This document shows positions 45,351 through 57,363 of a DNA stretch of 64,000 nt, piece by piece (the first letter of the stretch is position 1; each line of letters opens with the position of its first letter). Position numbers and translations under genes: made by a program. The DNA is taken from positions 3,906,001-3,970,000 of the forward strand of contig CM030333.1 in the NCBI GenBank assembly GCA_017654855.1, written 5' to 3'. This DNA is from Podospora anserina (Eukaryota). The notes beneath the pieces were generated by a model. That model made no database searches. It was not told the DNA's origin and saw nothing but the letters and a program-made list of their open reading frames with translations.

Positions 45351-48300
45351 TCAATCCGTAACCATCCTATCCCCATCTCCATTGTTCGTAATAGGATCAG
45401 CTAAACTCCCGCCACCTCCATTCCCACCCACCTCGTTCGCACTCGTTTTCGTAGCAGCGTCGCCCTGAGCAATCTCATAAGCGTCAGCACTCGCAATTAT
45501 TGGGAAAAAGGCAGAAGTGCGGCGTTCCACCATCTCCTGAACCGCCACACTTACCCCTTTCCCACCCACCGGTTCACCACCATCCGTCCCATCCCCAACA
45601 ACATCCAGCATCACTTCATCATCCTTGTCCCCTCCAGACCCAGCCGAAGCCCTGTTGGAAGACAAGGTATCAAGACTAGCCGACCTCTGCAGCTTTCCAG
45701 GTCCAGCAATGCCAGCCCACTGATCGTCGGCCCCTCGCTTCTTGGATGCTTCCGCCTCTGGTGGACGCTGGGACTGATCCGTCTGCAGCTCCTTCTTGAA
45801 AAAGTGATTATCGTCCTTGACAAACTTCTGGAGCTTGTCCGGAAGAGGGTCGTACTTCTCATTCATGGCCGAATCAGTCGCATACACCAACATGCGGTTC
45901 TCCTTTGATTTGTTCCACATGTCGAGCACGGACTTGAGCTTCAAAAACTGTACACAAAAACCGTGGTTAGAATCCTCAACCATGAGTAACCCACGAAAGC
46001 CGCTGCCACACATACCTCATACTCAACCCTGTTGCGATAAGACATCTTAAGCCACCAGCCACCGGTATCCTCCACTCCTGGAGACGAGCCCTCCTGGATG
46101 ATATCATCCAATGGCTCCCCCGTCCATCGCAACAGAACTTGAGAATCCCCTATCACCGCGCCAACAAGCGTATACTTGTATGTGGGATTCCAGGCTGGGT
46201 CGTCAGACGGCGTGGTGAACTTTGCAGAATTCGCCTCAGACTTCGCTGCTATCGGGTGGAAAATCTGCTCATTGAGCTCTAGAATACAGTCAGTATATGT
46301 CAATCCATGTTCGCCTTGATTCAGAAAGAATGGTTCCACATACTCTCTGTCACGCTCTCGGTCCTAGCGATGACCTGTTCAAGCTGCTTGATTCTCGTCT
46401 GGTAATGAGCAAGAATTTCCCTCTCCTCGTCCGACCACGATGGCTCATCCTGTGAAGAAGGCAGATACATGACATCTTCAGCATTGCTGAAAGCATCGTT
46501 ATAGTTCCTCCAAAGAGCTCCTTTTCTCATGCTTTCGATTTTGTCCTTCAGCGACTTTATAGTCGCGAGAGCCAACTCCTTGCGTGTCGCCTCGCCCTCT
46601 GCCGTTTTCAACCCATTCGTCTTTCTGCGGTACAGATCAATCTGCTCCCTTGCGATTTCCGCAAGCTTCTCCTGATTACATGCCATGTATCGGTCAAGGT
46701 AAAAGATTTCTGGAATTTCGATGTCGTTTATACGGCTGTCTCTGGTCCGCAGAGTCAACACTGAAGATGGATGTCGAATCATAGCTAGCATGCCTTGATC
46801 CAGATCCTCAGCCGCCACGGGAACGTCCGGGTAAAACAGGAGGTCCAAATAATCGTACAAGGTCTTTGGTGACTTTGCTTCAAACTTGGCATCGATGTGG
46901 TGGAGGGGAGCGGGTATGAATAAATCTAAAAGACCAAACTGGTCCTCCGACTGGTGCACTGTAATGTCCTGGATCGGAACGACCTCAACTTCCGACATCA
47001 GAACCGAGTAGCCCACTGTCGATGAAGAACCTTCGACGTCCCGCAGAGCATTGTTGTATGCAAATCTGTGAAGGAACTCCTTTTCTTCATCGTCGTCGAA
47101 GTACCTTTCAGGTTCTGGGAACTGCGCCAAAATATCAGCTGTCGCATATGAGCGCGTTGTCCCCTCCAGAAAAGCCATTAGACGGTGAACTTCAAATTCC
47201 CATCGCGGTCCGTTAACCGTGATCGGCTCGCCCTTCCACCAATCCTGTGAACAACGGTATCCCCATGCTGGCTCATCACCGATCCTGAGCAAAGTATTCC
47301 GCGCCGCAGGAATTCGTTGTAAGATCATCAGTAGACCGCCCAGCAGATGACTATTGTGGTTCGGCCGGCGCCTGAGAAACACGGGCAGGCCTGGTTTTCT
47401 TTGTCGGCAAGTCGGTACCTCATCTTCGAGTGGCGGCGGATAATGACTGGTCACCGCCCATTCTTCCTCCGAGTAGTGCTCTCTGGTGGCCGGCCCAAAT
47501 TGACCCTTAGCTGAGGACGAGGGCCTAGGAGGTAGTGTTGGTTTCTGCGCTGCGAGCGATGCCGCTACGGCCTTTTGAATATCCTCGTCTTCCTGCTCTT
47601 TGGATGTTGGGGCCCTGTTGTCCGCTCTGGATGGGACACGTGTGGGAGGCGCGCCCGTGGTTCCAGGAGTCTGACCGTACAGAACCTCATCCTCGCCTTG
47701 TATCCTGAAAGCTAAAACCTGTCAGCAATTTGCTCATTTTTGGCTTCCAGAAAACAACGCCCTTGTGTGGCTGTGATAAGGAGTACCCGCAGGTCAAGAT
47801 AGCCCCATGCAGAAAGCAACCAAGACTACCTGAAAATCAGACAGCCCTAAAGCTTACTCCGGATGCAATTCTGAAATCGAGTGGACCTGTCCGCATCCCC
47901 AGAAGACCTCACAATGACCTCCACACACATGGCCCCGCTCAACGTAACCCATCCAACGGTAAAGCCACCACGCCCACTTCCTTCGCTGGTTCAAGGGTAA
48001 AAGGGGTCTACTCACAAGGTGATGACTCCGCCCCCAGCAACGGCGTGATATTCGACGTTTCTGTCGCCTCCAACCCAGGCATTTCCTCCCAGCTATCCCA
48101 GCCAGTAGTAGCGGATTTATCAGTAGAAGGTTTATCCTTATATCTCGACACCCATTCCTATTTCCACAATCATGTCAATCCCCTACCCTACACCCCAAGA
48201 ACAAGCCAAACTTACATCGGTACCACAAAGTGTAAACCACTCTTCAACAACGGCATTGACATTGTTGTTGTGCTTTCTCAGGGCCCTGATCAGCATCAAA

Positions 48301-48383
48301 TTGTCCGGAAAGACAATCCCAGTTTCTGTCGCCATCTTATGAGCCTCCTGCTCCTTATTCGTGAGCACGGATTCGTCCGCCAT
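45351..48383 (-). CDS. Ubiquitin-interacting-motif protein with N-terminal UBA/CUE-like helix bundle and degenerate USP-like fold (possibly Rup1-related), multi-exon
   Basis: Start MADESVLT...LIRALRKHNNNVNAVVEEWF (UBA/CUE-like); UIM EQEDEDIQKAVAASLAAQ at ~47548-47600. Long exons 46321-47454+, 45941-46339 and 45351-46013 are separated by GT..AG introns. Confidence 0.75.
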
Positions 48384-49465
48384 GGTGTCCCCGGCTTCCA
48401 GTTATCGTTGTGTAGTGTTGCCGCAATCACGCCCCCCGTCAGGTGGTATGTTCGAGAGAGCCAAAGTTGATCCGTTCAAGCTTCCATCGAAAGCGGGCGG
48501 TGGATACTCCTAGAGGACAAGCTGAAGGGCCCAGGGGTGAGAGCCACTGCAGAAAGCGGTGCGTTCGTAGTCCGGTGGCCGAAAGTCTTTTGAGGTAAGC
48601 AATAATCCTGTAAAAGCTTCTGTCGTTTGTCAAAGTAGATGTTATGAGCAAGCCCGTGGCCCATCGAATATTAGCAAGTGTTATGACAGAACCGATATTG
48701 AGTGTTGTTGGAAGCGAATGATTTCCGTGGCGGGGGGTGACGCGGGTGGAGGGGTTAACTCGGAAGTTGCTGGGAGGCAAGACGGATGATCGCTTTCGGT
48801 CGTTTGTTGGCTGGAGAAAGTCGTCGGGCTTCTCTCAACTTTTCAAAGCAGTTGTAATCTGGTCAGGAGGTACAGAAGGTGGGATAGTCGCTGGAACCAC
48901 ACGACCCAATTTACAAGGAAGCTGCAGCGCATCTTTGGTTTTGGGGGTGGGCAGCTGCTTGTCTCATGGTCTTGGCAGCCCATCTCAACGCACGGGCCAT
49001 GACAATTCACCCCGCCATGGTGGTTTGGAGAATCAGTACGTTGACACAGAATATGTTTGCAACTGACAGGAGCTCGCGGTGTAATGTACAGTTTGCTCGT
49101 TATCTAGAGTTAATAAAACGATTAATATCTCCCGTATACCAGCTTTAGCATCACTCCTCGCTGCATTTCACACCAGACAAACAAAAGCTCTTCGCAATCC
49201 TGAACGCAGCCCATCTATTCTGCTTTCGCTCCCTGGCCTCCCATAAATAAATACGCCGTGCTTCCAACAAACATAAAACAACCAGCCAAGCATTGTGAAG
49301 GAACCCTCACCCAGTATTTCCTCCTTCCCCAGCCCATAAACGCCCATTCTCGATGTTCGAGGTGTTCCCCATGCAATGCACGCTAGACGGATGGGAGACC
49401 GAACCGATAGACAGAAGGAAAAGTGTAAAATGACCGTAAAGAACTCTCCCGCGATAAACTGTTGA

Positions 49466-50303
49466 TCACCGCTTCTTGGTCCCCGCGCCAGAAGCAACCT
49501 CATCCTCACTACCATCATCATCACTGCCCTCCTCTTCCCCATCCCCCTCTTCATCATCCTCATCACCCTCAAAATCTTCCATCTCCTCGTCGCCGGTATC
49601 ACTCCCTCCAAAGTCAAAATCCTCATCGCTTTCTTGCCAAAAACCGTCATCATTCTCCATCTTCGGCGGCGGCGCACTCTCAAAGCTCCTCGGCATCTCA
49701 AACCCCTCGGGCACCTTTGTCTTGGAGTACTCCACCGTCTCCTTCGCCTTCCTGTTATACTCCTCCCTCCGATCCCGATACATGACTCCCGCGTCGACAT
49801 TAGCGGGGGAGCCAATCTCGGGATCGTCCAGCAGCAGCAACACCGATCTCAACACACTCTCCACACCATGTAACGGTGTCCACCGCTCCGACGCCGACTC
49901 GCCAGACATGACATCCTCCCCGGGCGTGTGCAAGATCGAGATGCAGAGCTGGCCGTCGGGGTACACGTTGGGGTGGGTGATCGGGTTCAGGAAACGGAAC
50001 TTGGGCGGGGAGTAAGGGTAATCTTCGCTAAACGACATCTCGGCCTGGAGGTAGGCGCCGTTGAAAACCGAGTCGGAGTTGATCACCATGAGGGCGAACC
50101 TCCATTTCATGATGTTAATGTCTTCGTTCTATAGTTTGAGAGAAAAACGCAAACAGGTTAGCTTCGAGTCGAGCTTTGTAGGGAGCAAGCATGGCAACAG
50201 GGAGACCTACATCGTCAAAATGAATCCACTTCTCCTGTCGCAAGGTCTTCATCTCCCCCAGGAGCCGCGTCTTCGCGGCCGTGGCCTTGCTCACTTTGGA
50301 CAT
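49466..50303 (-). CDS. CDC34: Ubiquitin-conjugating enzyme E2, Cdc34/Ubc3 family
   Basis: YPYSPPKFRF, HPNVYPDGQLCISILH (catalytic Cys), acidic loop GEDVMSGESASERW, SPANVDA and a long acidic C-tail. Intron 50129-50210. Confidence 0.88.
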
Positions 50304-51605
50304 GGTAGGCGGGTTGGTTGGGGTGGGGTGTGTGTGACTCGTAGAGGTAGGAAAACTATGACCGAAAGTTGCAAAAACTCCAGTGACAGCGTCGGGAAAT
50401 CCAGACCAAAGTTAACAAAAACAAAGGCTGCTTTGCCGCAAGAAAGAGCGTGGGCGGAGAGATACGGGTGGTGGAAGTTGACAGTAGGGAGAATGCAGGT
50501 CAAAGATCAAGGCAGCTGATGGACAGGTTGTTTCAGGCTTTATTTAAGAAAGGCCTAAAGCCTGGCCCTGCTAGGATGGCTGGCGGGGGTGTATCAACCA
50601 CACTGCGGCAGTGTGGGGAAGAGGGGCGTGCGAGGAAGGTTTTACTTGGGTCAGGGTGAACAGAAATACTCAAAAAACACTTGTAAAGGGATGGGAAATT
50701 AAGCTCTAATATAATCTAATACTGAGATCCAGTGGCAGATGCCTTCTTCATCTGAAGATCTGTCCGAGAAGAAAAATGCTGAGTTCAACAAGTCGTTCCG
50801 GCTTCCTGCCGCTCGCCGCATGTTGGCAGCCGACCACCACGAACACCCAGGGCAGGCCTGGACACAGCCCACGCACCCAAGTGCCGCCTCCATGGGTGCA
50901 ATACCGCCCCGCCACACGCTGAGTTAAGCAACAGGGGGCTTCCGCCGGGGCTTGGGATTGGTCCCAGCGATCCCGAGCCGACTGCGAGCCCAGCCGTCAA
51001 GGTGTCACCGACGCCTTGACACCCCGTGACAGTGTTCCATTGAGTGGTCAATGGAACTTCCATTCGCATGCTTTGATCAGCTTCTGAAGGTTCTGAAAAT
51101 TCAATGTAAGCCACATCATGCAGACAAGACGCGGAGAACTCTCACAGTACGCAGCCGGGCATGCCGGACGGAGTTCAGGTGGGAGCCAGTGGCTAAAGCC
51201 ACTAAACCACCACCACTTTTTAGCTCCAGACCGTAAACACACTTCGGAATTGCTTCTTTGTGCGCAAATTTCATGTGAAACTTTCAGAGAACATATGTGG
51301 TATTACACTAAACCTTCATAACATCAACGCTGGGTATCAAACTCGATCTGCCTAAAACCCTAAAACCTGACCACCTATGAGCCAACCCAAACAAACAACC
51401 AAACCCTGCTCAAAGATATGCCGCCGACCTAGTATAGTATCGAAAGAAAGACTAAAAGCCTTCCTTGGTGAGTTTATATACGTCGATGATCCCGGGAGAA
51501 TCTCCGCCCTCGATGACGAGAAAGAAAAGAGCTTAGCAACAACAGCTGGACCGATATATATCATAAGATAGAATGTGAAAACCGCCTTGGCCGCGGGGGA
51601 GCAAC

Positions 51606-54600
51606 CTAGGCCCCCAGGTCGTAGTAGATGCACTTCCCAGTCCTAAAGTTGTAAACAAACGCATGCCCCGGCCCCTTCTTCGTCTCCCACTCCCACCGCC
51701 ACCCCTTCAGCATCTCGTGGATCTCTCGCACATACTTCTTCTCTGCCGTGCCGACATTCTGCTCCACCTTCCGCCAGCTTTCGGCGTCGGCAATGTTGGT
51801 TGATTTAATCATGTCCATGACCGTGTCTGACGTCTCAATGGCCGCTATTGGGCCCTCCAGGAAACCCTTGACTAGTCTAGAGGCACTGGTCTGCGCCTGT
51901 TCAACGACGGCGTGACGGTTGAACTTTTTGCTCTTGGTCTGCGCGACTAGAATGTGAACTTCCTGTTCGCGATCACCCTCGATAGCATTGGCCGAATCTA
52001 CATGCGCGGCGGTTGGCATGCTCCGGGTTTTGGCAAGGACGCGAGAATCTCTCTCGCGAATCTCTGACTTGAGCCAGTTGAGGAGATCCGTGGCTGAGAT
52101 ATCGGCATCTGAAGCGTCCTTTCGGCCCATAGACTTGACCTTGACCATGTTATCCTGCTTGATAATAACGATCCAGCTATAAGATTCCTCTCGGTAGCTA
52201 GAAAGGAGGTCTTCTGGTGAGCGTGTGTCGCGGGCCAACTCGGCACTGATGTTGTGAGCCCAAAGCATCTGCAAAAGCTCAATCCCAGAAGATCGAAGAA
52301 CAGAGGGATCGAAACTGGCAATCAAAACGTCACACTACTCAAAATCAGCACCAAAGTATCTGTTTGGAAGAAAATGACAACATACCCGTTTCATGCTGAA
52401 GATACCCTGTGATTCCTCTTCAGCAGCCTTCTTGAGGAAAGCCTTACCCGTAGCTTTGGGCACCTGTTTAGCCAACTGCTTCTCCCAGTTGAGGCTGAAG
52501 CCCACAGCGTGTCGCTCCTCAAACCTGCCGGCTATCTTTGGGCGATGTTCTTTGATCAGGTTGTCATAACGACCTCCTGCTGCAAAAACATCTTTGACTT
52601 TCTTATCATAGAGACATGAAAAGAGGATGCCTCCTCGAAAGAAGACTTCGTTGATGCTGCTCAGGGGCGCAATGTAGACCTTGTTGGACACACCGAACTT
52701 CTTGGTATATTCATAAACATCCTTCAAGTGAGCCAAAATTGGCGACACCTTTTGCGAAAATTCGGAACCCTCAAACAGACCTCGTATCTTGGATATGGCC
52801 TTGCTTGGTGTGTCTCGAAAATCGAATCGCTGAAGCTCGTCCACACTGGTCGCCGAGATCCCAATCTCTGGCGATCTTAGCTCACTCCTGACCTTGAGCC
52901 AGGTGAAATTCCTAATATTGAGCTTGCTAAGAACGTCAGCAGCCGCCGGTCTGGCATTGATATCCACACCGCAGAACTCAAAGATCAGGTGTAGAAGGTC
53001 CGAGTGGCCAAGCTGGAAACATATCGGCGTGGAAGAGGTTGTGGGGAAGGCCGAGACAATTTCGTCCAAGACCTTGATCGCTTCGGCCTCTTTAAGAGCG
53101 AGATCTAGTGCGTCTGTGGTGACAATGTCAAAGTCTACTTCTCCATAGACATCCGGTTGTCCACCATCGCGGCGATCTCGAAAGATATTCCCAAAGGCGT
53201 ACGACCGCTGAATCACAGGCCCCTGGGTCACTCGGGCAAGAGAGCGAGCATTTCCCATGACCAAATCGAATGGCATTTGTAGAACCGTACCATTTTGATC
53301 CAGAAGACGAACAATATTTTGGTCGTAGTAGTTCGACCGGGGATACAGACACGCTGTAGGAGTTTCAACAGCGCCGTGCCGCCGGAAGATCGAGACCAGT
53401 GTATCCTTCACAATATAACGGCGCATCAAGTCTGCTCCGCTCGGCGCGGTTGATCCCATATCCCAAGCATAATCCTTTGCCGGCTCAACCTGTCGACTGA
53501 ACAACTCTTTGAGAACTTTCCCGTAATAAGGAGAGCTTGGATCAGCTATCCCTGCGAGAGCACGCCGTACGGCCTCGCTCTCCATCTGAACAGGCATCCT
53601 CCCACTCTTCAACAGTTCTGAGCTGGACGGACGATCTTTGGGATTGTGTGTGAGCAACGAAAGCAAGATGTCGGTATGATTCTTATCAGCCGCCTTAAAG
53701 TCTGACGGAAGAACTGGCGGGTTATGTCGCACTTGCTCAAGCGTCATCGCACGTTGCATCCCAAGCATGGGAGGGTATGACATCTCGAAGAATATGACGC
53801 CCAGGGAGTACATCTGGGACGGTTAGCTGGTCTGTTGTGTAGTTTTGAGGAAATGAAGCTTACATCAACCTTGGCAGTGTATGAGCCACTGCCTCCTGTT
53901 CTGACCTCCGGGGCAACATAAACAGCCGTGCCGATACTTCTTGTAAGATCGCCGGCATCGATGTTGGCCATGTTCTTATCGACCGCTAACTGTCCACTTG
54001 TCGCCAACCCAAAGTCTCCAATCTTCACATTCTCAACCCCGTCTGGGCCAGCACTGATGAAGACATTCTCGGGTTTGAGGTCACGATGAACAATTGTTAG
54101 GCTGTGTATGTGAGCCAGCCCTTCCAGGATTTGGCGGAACAGACGCCAAACTTCTTGATTTGAACTATACAAATTTCGAGTGATCAAATCCCGCAAGGTC
54201 TGAGCACATTAGTTAGAAACTTAATCATGAACGAGATGAGGTAGAGGAAATTGAAGAGAAATGAGGACCTACCCGCTTTTCACAATATTCCATGGAAATA
54301 TACATGACTGTACGAAAGGGGCGGCCACTTCCCCTTCTATCTCCTCGAGCCGGAACAGGGAGATGCCTCGGTGCCCGTTCGCCTATGGTGGATGTATCCT
54401 CACCTGACTCCGATTCATCATCCTCATCGCTGTCTTCTTCATCATCTTCTTCATCATCGTCGTCGTCGGAATCCTCCTCGCCAGAGTCATCCTCGAAAAC
54501 CATGTCCGGGTGTCCGCTTGAAGACATGAAATCGAGACCTCTGCTCTTGCTTTCAGCGAACTCGATATTGATGCTTCTGGAGATTGGGGTATTGTTGGAA

Positions 54601-56692
54601 CTGTCTTCACTGGAGACATCGTCGCTTTCAGATTGTCCAGAGCCATCAGAGTAGTCCATGGTTTCCTCGAGCCAAGTGTTGTAATATCGAACCACTGCAG
54701 GATGGTTCATCTGTGAGAGGAGCCTCACTTCCTTCAGCATCTCAGACAAGGTCTCGTGCGACCTCTGCGTAATCTTCTTGATGGCATACAATCGCCCATC
54801 AATCATCTTGCGAGCGCGAACAACCTCGCCAAAACCGCCCTTTCCAAGGCGAGCCTCTTCGATATAGTCTTCTTGATATCGGGAGGTGACAGCAGTCCGA
54901 TTCATCGAGTCATGCCGGAGTCTCCGTGGCAGCGATTTGGGTGCTGATAAGAGTGAACCGGAAACGACCGCAGAGTCGTTTTCCACCAGGATGGGGGCAT
55001 TTGTGGCGAGAAACTCGCTAGAGCAAAGCTCAAAAGCACGAGGCCGCTTCTTAGGGTCTGCTTTAAAGAACCTGGATACCAGCTCTTCTAAAGGGCTCGA
55101 AAGCGACAGGGAATCCATCAGAGCCGACGGGGAGTGGTATTTTTCAGGAACGTTGAGGCCAAATACCATCTGCAAGAAGACTATTCCAAAATCCCAAATG
55201 TCTGTTTTCTGCGTGTACTGGGGTTTGGAGATTCCAGCAATCTCTGCGGGATACCAGTAGACAGACTTTGCTGCTCTGCTAGTGACTACTTTGACCATGC
55301 TCGTGGATATGCTGTGGAGTTCTTTCTGGAAGCCGCCGTCGGAGAGCTTGGGAACGATATCACCCGCCGGCGTTCTGCAAAGCAGAATATTGCCAGGGTG
55401 TATGTCCTGGTGAACAATCCCATTGCTGTGGAGATATGCCAGTGCATCGAGAAGATCCGTGGTCCAGATTCTGGCTTTGCTGATCTCGATCTGCCCCGCC
55501 AAGCTGAGGAGTTCATCGAGAGGTCCCTTGTCCGAGAAGGGCGTGAGTATACTGATGGTCCAGACCGTGGGACCGGACGAGTCAATGTCACTGACTGTGC
55601 GGTCGATCTTGAAGTTGATAAGCTCCAAAAGATTCTGGTGGTTTAGCTTCTTCAGTGACTCCAGCAGAGATTCCAAGGCTTGAAGTTGCTTCTTGAACTG
55701 AGTCGAGTCTTTGCCGTGCGACTTGATATCGACTTGCTTCAATGCAAGACTTGGACGAACATGTTTCGCGGCTAGTACCGGCTTGACTTTGTGCACTGTG
55801 GTCACCGGTCCCTCGCGCCAAACTGTTTTGCCAATGACGGTCTGGAAATAGTGGGTATCGCCAGTGTGGTCCATCAAACTGCAAGCCTGATCAAACACAA
55901 GGGCGACGTTGGTCTCGGAGGGGTCCGCTTGAGCTCGATTGGGCGACATGTTGTGACTTCGGTTTTTCTTTCTCGACTCCTTCAACTTGTTGCGTTGGCG
56001 TTTGAGCTCCTCTTGGACCATGTCACCGAGGACTCGCTCTTCTTCCATGGTTTCCTCGAGTTTCTTTTGCTCCTGTTGCTCCTTGTGGTCCTGTGCCTGT
56101 TTTGCCAATTCCGCTTCATGGGCCGCCCTTTCCTCTTCCAGAGAAGGCAGCTCCAGACCTTGGGCCTTCTTCAAGGCGGCCTCGTCCAGTATATCGCGGA
56201 TACCTTCCACAAGACGGTCGACCATGACCTCGTCATCCTTGGCCCATATTTTTGGCTGCGTCTCCACAAACTTTTGGATTTTGAACCTTGTTGATTCACG
56301 GAGATGACCATCATTTTTGAGGGTCAAGAGCGGTGGGGATTTGGGATATGTGGCGACAAGAACCACAGAGAGCAGTACTGAAAAGTTGTCATCCGATACT
56401 GCTTTGATTCTAATATCAAATGCAGGTTCGGTTTTCTACAAGATGTTAGTAACATGGCATCCAACCACATGCAAAGCTTTCGTACCTTCCACGCACCGTG
56501 AGGTGCCGAGTGTCGAATAAAATCCTCGCCGTAAATAGCTGCCAGGGCGATCACCTCATCGGCTTGTTTCTCTTGATACTGTGTCTTAACCGCTGGCCGA
56601 GCTGGGCCAGGGCCTTTAAGCCCAGGGAAACTCTCAGTTCCATTCTTCTTGGTTTGAGGAGGGGCCTTCTTTTGACCGCCTTTTCCCGCCAT
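51606..56692 (-). CDS. GCN2: eIF2-alpha kinase Gcn2 / CPC-3, multi-exon
   Basis: RWD domain (QADEVIALAAIYGEDF, YPKSPP), pseudokinase, kinase (LGKGGFGEV, YAIKKI, HRDLKPEN, KIGDFGLA, IGTAVYVAPE), HisRS-like domain (AAGGRYDNL) and C-terminal domain. Confidence 0.96.
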
Positions 56693-57363
56693 AGCGGAAT
56701 GCTAAATGTGGTGGTGACGAGTTGGTGTGAGATGAGGATGAGAGCGTGACTAATATCAACCAGTGGGGGAGGGTTGGGCGCTGGGAGATGTTGGATATGA
56801 AACTGGATTCTCGGTAAAGGTCCGAGAATATAAGACTGCACAGCCAGGTACGGCTGTGAAGACTTTAATGAGTTGCGTCCATCCTCGGAGCAATTCAGAC
56901 GAAGCAGTAATGTGAAATAGGTAGAGATGAGGGCTGAGATGTGACTGTGTGTAGTGCCTGGCGGGGTATTTGCACTGTCCAGATGCCCCAAGGGTCACTG
57001 AAGCTGGGATGGCATTGGAGACAATCATAGTGACCCACCATTCAGCTTCACAGTGGAGCTGAAGCCTTGGCACGAAGCTTCGAGCAGCCCCGCCAACCCC
57101 ACTTCCAACGCCCTGGACGCGCTGCGGGACGCGGTAGGACCCTTGCTAGTGCTGCGACTGGCCGGCCGCTGGCAACCACGATTCTCTTCTGGTTCCGGCA
57201 GTCAAGTAAACACAACAGTTTGACTGCCGACAGCACACTTTGGGTGGCAGCCCACCACGACCTCGAGAGACGACTGATCGGTTGATTGACTGACTTGGAA
57301 AACGCCAACTGTGGAACTGACCACAGATTCAGTTAGTTGCGCGATCACAGCGCCCGAGTCACC

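Noticed and set aside
50699-51321. Short ORFs between CDC34 and GCN2
   Set aside because: No recognisable domain, splice pattern or codon bias; treated as intergenic.
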